In this document: in pieces, positions 54,704 to 64,000 of the stretch | Layout: every line of letters starts with the position of its first letter | Numbering within the stretch: position 1 is the first letter of the stretch | Assembly (NCBI GenBank): GCA_964291215.2 | Contig: OZ219791.1 | Span: forward strand, 1,600,001-1,664,000 | DNA length: 64,000 nucleotides | From: Alphaproteobacteria bacterium | GTDB taxonomy: Bacteria > Pseudomonadota > Alphaproteobacteria > MPNO01 > UBA830 | Direction: 5' to 3' | Translations under genes and position numbers: made by a program | The notes under the pieces: model-generated | What the model was told of the DNA's origin: nothing | The model's input: the letters and a program-made list of their open reading frames with translations, nothing else | Database searches by the model: none

Positions 54704-56284
54704 GTATCTACTCACCCCTAATTGGGTTCTGATTGGTCGTAGTGTTCGTTGATGATGTCTGCGGCTTTTCCGTCGAGGGCGATCTGGGTGGCGACGAGTG
54801 GGTTGTAGCCGAGTGCCGCCATGGAGGTGAGGTAGCTCGAGCCCTAGCACCATGCTTTTGCGTGGAGCATGGTGCGGAAGCACCCGGACACCTTGACCTT
54901 TGCCATCCTGATCTTCTGTTCTCCGGCATTGTTGGTGAAGCTGACGTTGGGGTCGTCTGTAAAGCGCAGGTTTTCGTGTTTCACGAGACGTTCGTGCAGG
55001 TTGTGCGCGTTTGCGTCCACGTTTTCCTTTCGGCGGCGGCGGCGGGATGTCGGGCAGTTCCCTGGCGCCCTGAGTGAGGATGGTGCGGTAGCGCTTGCGC
55101 ACGGCCCGGAGGTCGGCCTCGTTCAGGGTTTTGGATGCGCTCTTGTTGACCTTGTGGCAGACCTCGCGGAGCAGGCTCTTCATCAGTCGCGCGGTAGCCT
55201 CGACGACAAAGGTCAGTTCGCGCAGCAGGTGGCTGCCGCACAGCTGGTGGCTACACTGGCCCATGTACGAGGCCCAGGACGCCCTTGTAGCACGGGATGA
55301 TGCCGATCTCTTGCCCGCGCTTGCGGTGCGGGAACTTGCACGTCAGGGTCCCACGACATGGAGCCACTTGCTGTTGATCCGAAAGCCGGTCTCATCGACA
55401 TTGGGCGTTGCAGGAGGTGCGCCACGGCGGCCTCCTCCCATGACGCATCGTGAAAGCATAGCCGAGGCAGGTTGCCTCGGAGAGCTTGATGCCGGAGATC
55501 GCCTGCACGAACGCGACGGCACGGCGCAGGGACAGCATTTGGGCGACCAGCAGGTTGATGACGAGGGCTTGGATGCCGATGCCGTACTGCACGGGATGTT
55601 GTCGGGGAACCGGCCCCGGGCCTTGCACTTCGGGCATTCCTCGGCGCGGCGCTCGACGACCTCGAACACGATGTCGTAGAGGACGCGGCGCTCCCGATCG
55701 ACGGGGCCGTCGATGTCAGCGCCGCAGGCGTCGCAGGCCGCGACCGTCTCCTCGACGATAGTCTTGCGCAGGTTGTCGCCCATCTGCCGGTTTGGCTTCG
55801 GGCCCTTGCCGTTGCTCCCGGCACGCTCTCGTCCTTGTCCGTCTGTGACGGCGGCAGACCGGAGTTCCGGCTCGTGTGTGGTCTTCTCCAGAAGGACGAC
55901 GATGAGGATGTCGAGCAGGATGACGAAGACGCGGATGACGGCCTCTTTCGGCACCTTGCCGGCCGCACGCAGCGCCGCGGTCCGGGTCTTGGCCGCTTCG
56001 AACTCCTCGCGCGCCGCGTTGACCGTCGCCATCACCCGGCCTTGCGCTTCATCAGCGCGCCGCTTCCGAGATGCGTTTCCACATACAGATCATGCGGGGG
56101 CTGGAGCTCCGGAAGCAGCTGGCACGGCCCGCTCGTCGCCTTCGATCCAAAGTAGCCCACTGGCGGTCCCCGTCGTTCTCGATTACCACCACTAAACGAA
56201 TCGGCCTGCAGTGTCAAATCTCCACGAAAACCCGTTCGTTGCTCTACCCCGACATCAAGCCGGAACCAGGGGGTGAGCAGTTAC
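54704..56284 (-). mobile_element. IS66-family element type 1, second copy (truncated MTase 56032-56160 plus degraded TnpC)
   Basis: Same TIRs as 4631-6145; 8-bp TSD atggcggc. Confidence 0.92.
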
Positions 56285-57096
56285 ATGGCGGCGATGATTC
56301 CTGGAGCGTGGTCTTGAGGGGCTGCGAATTGCACCCGGGACGACCCCGCACCTATGGTAAGGTCGCGAAGCTGATCAACCGGGCCCTGCAGTAAAAGCCA
56401 TGCGGGTGCCTGGAGTGTGCGACGGATGGCCGAAGCCGTGTCGAAAAGTACCGTGCAGCGCTGGTTTGCCCTGTTCGGGATCAAGCCACACTCGAGCGAC
56501 ACCTTCAAGCTCTCCAGCGATCCGTTTTTCGTCGAGAAGGTTCGGCACGGGCCTGACCCTCCAGATCATGCAGTGGTCTTGTGCGTGGACGAGAAGAGCC
56601 AGGCGCTCCAGCCCACATTGCCCATGGGCTATGTCGAAGACTATACTCATGACTACGGAACCACGACATTGTTTGCTGCTCTGGACGTGGCGACGGGTGA
56701 TGCTCCAAGCGGCATCGACACTAGGAGTTTCTCGCCTTCCTGCGGCTGATTGACCGTGATCCGAGCTCGATATCCATCTTGTCCTGGACAACTACGCCAC
56801 CCACAAGCATCCCAAGGTCCGGTCGCCAAACGACCGCGTTACCATCTCCACTTCCACCTCCTGGCTCAGGAACGCTGGTTCGGTCTCATCAGCCATCAAG
56901 CGCGGGTCGTTCGACAGTGTTCCTCAACTCATCAGAACGATTGAACACTTCATCACACACCACAATAAATCCCCTTTCGTATGGGTCGCAACCGCAGACT
57001 CGATCTTCGACAAGCTTGAACGGTTATCTGCTCGTATTTGCGGGACACAACACTAGGCGGTGCGGCCGGCAACGGTTCAAACCAGGGAGCCCTGAC

Positions 57097-58056
57097 ATGA
57101 CGGCGGCAAATTCGGATCCAATCAACACGGTGGTCGTCGTCGGCGCCGGCATCATGGGCGCCGGAATCGCCCTCAACTTCGCCCAGGCCGGCCTTGCGGT
57201 TCGGATGGTGGATGTCAGCGCCGACGCACTCGAGAACTGCCGCAATCAGATTGCGGTCAATCTCGACGCCTTCTATGAATTCGATCTGCTCGCCGAAGAC
57301 AAAGCGCGAATCGCGGAACGCATTGCGTACATGGACAACGACGCGCTCCCGGCGGCGACCGACAGCTGCGACTATATGGTCGAGGCCATGCCCGAGGTCC
57401 TGGACCTCAAACGGGAGTTTTTCGCCAAGCTGGATGATTTGCCGGGCGGCGTGATCATCGCCAGCAACACCAGCAGCCTGACGGTGACCAATATGGCCGC
57501 CGACATGCGGACGCCGGAGCGGCTCATCGGTCTCCACTATTTCAATCCTGCCCATATCATTCCGGCCGTCGAAGTCCACCGAGGCGACAGGACGGACCAG
57601 GCGGCCGTCGACGTCACCATGGCCCTGATGAATCGGGTCGGCAAAAAGCCCGTACTGGTCAGAAAGGAAGTGCCTGGCTTCATCATCAACCGGCTGACCG
57701 GCGCCATGGAGCGGGAAATCGACTATCTGCTGGATGAAGGAATCGTCACCCCGGAAGATCTGGATACGGCGGTCAAGGCGAGCTACGGATTCCGACTGGC
57801 CTGCCTGGGCCCCATGGAAGCGGAGGACATGATCGGCCTGGACACGTCGGCGCGCGCCTCGGGCAACATCTTCCCGAAGCTCAGCAACGCGACCGACCCC
57901 TCGCCCGGTATTCTGGAGAAGGTGGAGCGGGGCGAATTGGGCATCAAATCGGGGAAGGGTTGGTACGATTACACCGGCCGCACCAGGGAATCGGTGCTCA
58001 ACGCCAACAACCGGCGTTTGTTGCGCCAGCTGAAGCTGTTCACCGAGAACGAATAG
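57097..58056 (+). CDS. 3-hydroxyacyl-CoA dehydrogenase family protein
   Basis: VGAGIMGAGIA, EAMPE, ASNTSS, HYFNP, PGFIINR, GIKSGKGWY. Confidence 0.92.
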   Translation: MTAANSDPINTVVVVGAGIMGAGIALNFAQAGLAVRMVDVSADALENCRNQIAVNLDAFYEFDLLAEDKARIAERIAYMDNDALPAATDSCDYMVEAMPEVLDLKREFFAKLDDLPGGVIIASNTSSLTVTNMAADMRTPERLIGLHYFNPAHIIPAVEVHRGDRTDQAAVDVTMALMNRVGKKPVLVRKEVPGFIINRLTGAMEREIDYLLDEGIVTPEDLDTAVKASYGFRLACLGPMEAEDMIGLDTSARASGNIFPKLSNATDPSPGILEKVERGELGIKSGKGWYDYTGRTRESVLNANNRRLLRQLKLFTENE

Positions 58057-58068
58057 GAAATATCCGGT

Positions 58069-59034
58069 ATGAAGCTCGTCACCTTTGAGGTCCCCTCGCC
58101 GACCGGCCCGTTGCTGCGGATCGGCGCGCTCTCCGGCGGCCAAATCGTCGATCTCAATTTGGCCTACGCGGCATACCTCGAGGCAGCCGGACGAACCGAA
58201 CGGACGCGGGAGATCGCCGACGCCGTCATTCCCGCGGACATGATCGAGTTCTTCAAGGGCGGAAAAATCAGCCGGGACGCCGCGCATCAGGCACTGGACT
58301 TCTCCGCGGGCAATGCGGGGGCGGACATGCCGCCGGCCCACGAACCGGAAGACATCACACTCCTCGCCCCCGTGCCGCGGCCCCGGTCGATCCGGGACAC
58401 CATCAGCTTCGAGACCCATGCCAAGAATTTCGAGAAGCGCTCGGGCAAGCCGACACCCGACCTCTGGTATGAGCGGCCGATCTACTACAAGGGCAATTGC
58501 GACACGGTCATCGGGCCCGAGGAGGACATCATCTGGCCCGGCTACACGGAGAAACTGGACTACGAACTGGAGTTCGGGATTTACATCGGCAAAACGGGCA
58601 AGAACATTCCGGCCAGCGAAGCCGGGGACTATATCGCCGGCTATACCATTTTCAACGACATCAGCGCCCGGGACGCGCTGCAGCGCGAAATCACCATGAT
58701 GCTGGGGCCGGCCAAGGGCAAGGACATGGACACCGGCAACATCTTCGGGCCCTGCGTGGTCACCCCCGACGAAATCGACGCGGGGAACCTCAAAATGGAG
58801 GCCCGCATCAACAGTGAGGTCTGGTCCGAGGGCAACAGCTCCGACATGTATTGGAGCTTTCACCAGATCATCGAGTTCATCTCGAAAGACGAAACGCTCC
58901 ATCCCGGCGACTTCATCGGATCGGGCACCATCGCCTTCGGCTGCGGCGACGAACTGGACAGGTGGATTCAACGGGGCGATGTCATAGAGCTCGAAGTCGA
59001 GGGCATCGGGGTACTGCGGAACCGGGTCGCCTAG
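58069..59034 (+). CDS. Fumarylacetoacetate hydrolase family protein
   Basis: YYKGN, LDYELE, GYTIFNDISARD, KGKD, GDFIGSGT, GVLRNRV. Confidence 0.93.
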   Translation: MKLVTFEVPSPTGPLLRIGALSGGQIVDLNLAYAAYLEAAGRTERTREIADAVIPADMIEFFKGGKISRDAAHQALDFSAGNAGADMPPAHEPEDITLLAPVPRPRSIRDTISFETHAKNFEKRSGKPTPDLWYERPIYYKGNCDTVIGPEEDIIWPGYTEKLDYELEFGIYIGKTGKNIPASEAGDYIAGYTIFNDISARDALQREITMMLGPAKGKDMDTGNIFGPCVVTPDEIDAGNLKMEARINSEVWSEGNSSDMYWSFHQIIEFISKDETLHPGDFIGSGTIAFGCGDELDRWIQRGDVIELEVEGIGVLRNRVA

Positions 59035-60197
59035 TCATCTGGAACGGGAGTAGGTATCATTGTATTGTATCTGTCCGGGTGTGAGCATGTAGGTCATGGC
59101 GATGCCACACGCCCCTTGGCGGTGCTGGTCTTGAGCGACGAGGAACGGTCGTTTCTGGCGGGTCAGGTTTGGTGACACCGGATTGCGCGCTCGATGGCGG
59201 ATCGGTGCCGCATGATCCTGCGCTGTGCGGACGGTCTGGATAACAAGGCGGTGGCGGTCGAGCTTGGCGTGCACGAGCACACGGTGGGGAAGTGGCGCCG
59301 CCGTTTCGTGAAGGATCGGTTGAAGGGCCTGTCGGACGCTCCCCGGCCAGGACGGTCGCGGACCCTTGCGGACGAGCGGATCGCCGAGGTGATCGAGCGG
59401 ACGTTGACCACCACCCCGGCCGACGCCACCCATTGGTCGCTGCGCACGATGGCGCAGGAGACCGGTCTGTCGCACACGACGATCCGGCGCACGTTCGGCC
59501 TGCAGCCGCACCGGGCCGAGACCTTCAAGCTGTCCTCGGACCCGCTGTTCGTCGACAAGGTCCGCGATATCGTCGGGCTCTATCTCTCGCCGCCGGACCG
59601 CGCGTTGGTGCTGTGCGTCGACGAGAAGAGCCAGATCCAGGCCCTCGACCGCACCCAGCCCGTGCTGCCGATGCTGCCGGGCATGCCTGAACGCCGCCCC
59701 CACGATTACAAGCGCCACGGCACCACCTCGCTGTTCGCGGCGCTGGATGTCGCCACCGGCTCGGTGATCGGCAAGTACTACCGGCGCCACCGTGCCAGGG
59801 AGTTCCTCGACTTCCTCAAGGTGATCGACCGCAATGTCCCGGACGGGCTCGACATCCACATCGTCATGGACAACCACGCCACCCACAAGACGCCAGCGGT
59901 CAAGGCGTGGCTGGCACGGAGGCCGCACTGGCACGTCCACTTCACACCAACGTCCGCCTCCTGGCTCAATCAGGTCGAACGCTGGTTCGCCGAGTTGACC
60001 CGCAAGCAGTTGCAGCGTGGCGTGCACCGCTCGACCCGCCAACTCGAGGCCGACATCCGCGCCTTCATCGAAACCCACAACGAAAACCCCAAGCCCTTCA
60101 AATGGACCAAGTCCGCCGACGATATCCTCGCCGCCGTCAAACGCTTCTGCCTCCGCTTCGAACAAAACTTATGCAACGAACTTTAGATTCAGGTGAC
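59034..60197 (+). mobile_element. IS630-family element (transposase largely in frame, 59194-60186)
   Basis: TIRs gtcatctggaac/gtcacctgaatc; TA duplication; VDEKSQIQAL, MDNHATHK, SWLNQVERWF. Confidence 0.93.
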
Positions 60198-62200
60198 TAG
60201 ACGATCAGCCAGAACGGGAAGGTGTCGGGCAGAATGTTCGGCAGCCAGATCTTCAGATAAGAATGATGGAAGCTCAGGTGCATGATCCGCTCGTAGAATC
60301 CGACCAGGAACAACCAGCCGCCGGCCGCATACAGCAGAGCGACGCGCCGGGAATACCCTCCCCAACGAATGAGGTAGACGGCTATGAATATTGGAATAGC
60401 CAGTTTTTGACCGACCACGAGCATGATCAACAGCATCAGCGTCAAGTAGCCGAAGAACGCCGCCGACTTCGCCAGAACCGCCTGCTCGGAGCCTACGGCC
60501 ATCGCCCCGCCAAGGCCTCCGTTCATCGATGTCGCCGCCCGAAGATCCCGGGTATCGAAATAGAAGGTGAAGGCCGCGAATATCGCCCCCGGTATGGCGA
60601 TGGTAATGGGAAACGCCTGAACCGAATCCGGCCATTGCAGCGAGTGAAAACCCGCGCCCACGAAGATGACCAGCAATATCAGCGAAAAGGGCCAGGAAAT
60701 GATCGGGTTCCCTGCGCGGCCTTCGCCGGCATTGGGCTCGCTTCCCTCATCGTCGGAACGTTTTGCCTTGATGACGCCCCGCGCGGCAAAAATGATGGTG
60801 AGGACGATCAGCGCAAAAATGATGAGAACGATCGGCCGCTCAAGCCAACTAATGCCGTCGTAGGCGCGCATGCTGATCTGGAAGGAATTTTCCATTATGG
60901 AGCCGAGGATGAGGGCGAGGATGAGCGGGGGCCGCGGCCACCCGCCCTTCTTCATGGAGTAGCCCACGATCCCCATGATGATGCAGGTCACCCAGTCGCC
61001 GAGCGAGGAGCCCCCAAGCCACGCGCCCATGAAGACGAACAAGATCACGCCCGGGACGATCAGATAACTCGGGAGGAATGCGACCCGGGCGATCTGACGG
61101 CTCCAGACCATCAAGAGCGCGGTGGCCATGATATTGGCCACGACGATCATCCACACCATTCCAAAGGTCAGGTGCAGTTCGGAGGTCAGCATGTCCGGAC
61201 CGGGCTTCAGGCCCTGGATAAGTAGCGCCCCCAACAGGATGGCCGCACCCAGGCTCCCGGGGATTCCGAACGCCACGGTCGGAACCAATGAGCCCCCTTT
61301 GGTCGCGTTGTTGGCTGCTTCCGGCGCGATAACGCCGCGAATGTCGCCCTGGCCGAACTGCGATTTGTCTTTTGCGCTCTGAACCGCGTGACCGTACGCG
61401 ACCCAGTCGACAATCGCCGCGCCCAGGCCCGGCAACATGCCCACATAGGTCCCGATCGCCGCGCACCGCGTCGCAAGCCACCAATGACGAAAAGCGTCCT
61501 TGATGCCCTCGATCATGCCGCCGCCGGCGGTCTGTTCCTTGGGAACGCGGGAGATGGAGATATTGCGGGTCGCCAGCTCCATGAGTTCGGGAATCGCGAA
61601 GAGCCCCAGAACCACGGGAATGAGAGGCAAATTGTCGATGAGGTAGTCGGTGCCGAAATAGAAACGCGGAATGGCTACCGTCTCGGCATACCCGATTGTC
61701 GACATCAACAACTCGAGCGCCGCGACCGCAAGGCCCTTCATGATCGATCCGCCGCTAAGGGAACCGACCATCGCGAGGCCGAGAACGTCCAGCATGAAGA
61801 GCTCCGGAGACCCGAACGCGAGGATGATGGGCAGGATGAGCGGCAGCGATGCCGCGAGGATCAAGGCGCTGAATACCCCGCCGAACGCGGAAACGGTAAA
61901 GGCGGTGCCGAATGTCCGCGAGGCATGCCCTTTCTGGGCCAGTGGGTAACCATCCAATATCGTCGCCTGGGAGGCGACGGTGCCGGGAATTCCCAGCATC
62001 ACCGATGCGATGGTGTCACTGGTTGTGGTGACGGCGAACATCCCCAACAAAAGAGCGAAAGCCGGCACCGGATCCATGCCGAAGGTGAACGGCAACAGGA
62101 GAACCAGCCCGATGATGCCGTCGAGACCCGGAATGGCGCCAAGCCCAATCCCGATGAAAACGCCGAGAAACAGGAAGCCAATGGACGGCCACTCGAATAC
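60197..62200 (-). pseudogene. tctA: TctA permease with C-terminal TctB-like extension; 5' end cut by IS630
   Basis: TctA motifs GIPG..SQATILDGYP and GDIRGVIAPEAANNA; frame is open up to the IS junction at 62201. Confidence 0.8.
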
Positions 62201-62203
62201 CTA

Positions 62204-62718
62204 GTGTTATGTCAGCAATGATATGTCGTACATTTGGTGCTAGACTGTCCGTCCATTCGGGATGGAGGTCGGAGTATGAAACGCTACGTGGTGACCCTGG
62301 ACGAGGCGGAACGGGCAGAACTTTCGGAGATCACGACCAAGGGCTCGCACCTGTCGCAAAAGGTAATCAACGCCCTGATCCTGCTTAACTGCGACGAGGG
62401 CGCGTTCAATGAATGCCAGATGACCGGGAAGGTCATTGCTGAGATTCTGCGCATCAGCATGCGCAAAGTAGACCGAGTGAAGAAGCGTTTCGTTGAAGAG
62501 GGGCTGGAGGCGGCATTGGGTGGCCGGCAAGGACGCCGTCCTACCTATATGCGAAAAGCCGACGGCGTCTTCGAGGCGCGCTTGGTGGCCCTGAGTTGTG
62601 GTGAACCGCCTGAGGGTTACGCGCAATGGTCGTTGCGGCTGCTGGCCGACCGCGTTGTCGAGCTTGGTTACATTGATACCGTGTCACACGAGACGGTGCG
62701 GCGTGTTCTAAAAAAAAC
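62204..62718 (+). mobile_element. IS630-family 5' part (orfA up to the A-run frameshift site), cut by IS66
   Basis: Same element as 14232-15350; ends at aaaaaaac. Confidence 0.9.
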
Positions 62719-63129
62719 GTAACTACCCAGGTACCCTGCCAAGTGTGAGAGCTTGCTGATTTTGTTCGCCGTGTCGCTGCTCTCGGCCTTGACTGCATAG
62801 GCGCGCGCGCCTATGGGTTGCCCTCTCGCATGGGAGGAGCGGCTGGTGGGGTATTTCGGATCGAAGGCGACGACGGGTCTGAGCCAGGCGCTGATTGCGC
62901 TGATGCCGCCGCACTCTGTCTATATCGAGAGTCACCTGGGGGGCGGTGCGCTGATGAAGCGCAAGCCTGCTGCCGTGCGCTCGATCGGGATCGACCTCGA
63001 TGAGCGGGCGCTTGAGGCCTTTGGCTGCGACTACCCGGTGGAGTTGGTGCATGGCTGCGCCCACTCCTTTCTGGCGTCGTTTGCGTTTCTGGGCCCGGAG
63101 CTGGTCTACAGCGATCCGCCCTATCTGCA
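62719..63129 (+). mobile_element. IS66 type 2 left part with MTase N-terminus through DPPY, cut by IS256
   Basis: Appears identical to the reverse complement of about 13478-13888. Confidence 0.9.
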
Positions 63130-64000
63130 GATTACGCAACCTGATGTCTGGAAATTGTCGTGAAGCTCTCAGTCATCGAGCTGTTCCCATTTGATGTATG
63201 CCTTGGTTTCGGTTTCCCATTTTTCGTCGATGAGGATCGCGGTTGAGAGGCGCTCCAACGAGGCGAGGTTCGGAAAGACCCTGACTTTGGAGGTGCGCCG
63301 CTTGAGCTCTTGCTGGATCGGTCGCTCGATGCCGTTCGAGGTTCGCATACGCTTGTGGTGAGAATCGGGCAAGGTGAAGACAGCGAGCCCCTCGGGCGCA
63401 TTCTTTTCCAGCCAGTCTGCGAAGCCTGGATGCTTGTCGCGATAGCTGGCCACGAGGGCGCCCAGTTCAGCCTCGGCGGTTTGGAGTGAGGAGGCGTGGC
63501 TCCGAGCTGTTTTCCAATACGTTTCCTGATGTCGTTGTTCGGTGCGTGCTGCACGGCGTTTTGCGCCAGGTGGAACTGGCAGCGCTGCCACGTCGCCGCG
63601 CCCAGCACCGCGCGTCGTGCCGCTTTCAACCCGGCATGGTCATCCGAGACGATGAAGATCGTACCATGCAGGCCACGGGCTAACAAGCTTTCCAGGAAGG
63701 CTCTCCAATGGACCTCGGCCTCGGAGAGCGCCACAGAGAGCCCCAGAACGTGCCTGCAGCCCCTATTCCGATGGCCGAGAGCACTGCAACATCGCGCACA
63801 ACGCCGTCATGGCGGGCTTTTTCATAGCGCGCATCCAGGATCAGGTATTTCATCAGCCCAAGGGGCCGGTTGCGCCAGGCGGTGAGTTCTTCGTCGAGCA
63901 ACCTGGTGGCCCGGCTGACCTGAGAAGAGGACAGGCTTTCGATCCCGAACTCGCGCATTACATCTTCGGCCTGCCGGGTGGAAACACCCTTGATGTACAT
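63130..64000 (-). mobile_element. IS256-family element copy 3 (runs off right edge)
   Basis: Same end and transposase motifs as 15805-17057, with fewer deletions. Confidence 0.9.

Larger units (their letters stand above)
52649..57053 (+). mobile_element. IS630-family element (degraded) hosting IS1634 and IS66
   Basis: TIRs gtttagtgtcccgtaaata/gtgttgtgtcccgcaaata; TA duplication; [21 protein letters not shown] and DNYATHK motifs. Confidence 0.88.

Noticed and set aside
56779-57096. N-terminal extension of the 425-aa dehydrogenase ORF
   Set aside because: Lies within IS630 sequence; the real start is the ATG at 57097 after a ggag RBS.
1-64000. CRISPR array, tRNA or rRNA genes
   Set aside because: No regularly spaced repeats or tRNA/rRNA-like sequence seen; the repeats found are explained by IS and intron copies.

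Overview
High-GC alphaproteobacterial chromosome segment; a Rhodospirillales-like, host-associated (e.g. sponge symbiont) origin is an inference from gene content. An intact housekeeping block at about 17.9-41.1 kb holds recD2, mltA, Tim44, fxsA, bactofilin, a PfkB kinase, typA, ampG, phoB-phoU-pstBAC-phoR, malic enzyme and mutS. Two transport/catabolic clusters carry TTT and TAXI-TRAP transporters, an acyl-CoA synthetase, LysR, a crotonase-fold hydrolase, SDR, HACD and FAH. These are interleaved with dense nests of mobile elements at 4.2-17.9, 41.3-46.6, 52.6-57.1, 59.0-60.2 and 62.2-64 kb, many resolvable by terminal repeats and target-site duplications. Most notable: (1) two IS66 lineages carry a compact Dam-like adenine methyltransferase instead of tnpA/tnpB; (2) mobile-element copies, but not host genes, are riddled with roughly 6-nt microdeletions; (3) a 2-kb serine-recombinase element sits at a palindromic att-like site inside the conserved PQG..SP motif of a group II intron RT; (4) two group II introns are nested reciprocally in each other; (5) an IS4 transposase is fused to DUF4338. 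All calls come from reading the sequence by eye; no database search was run.
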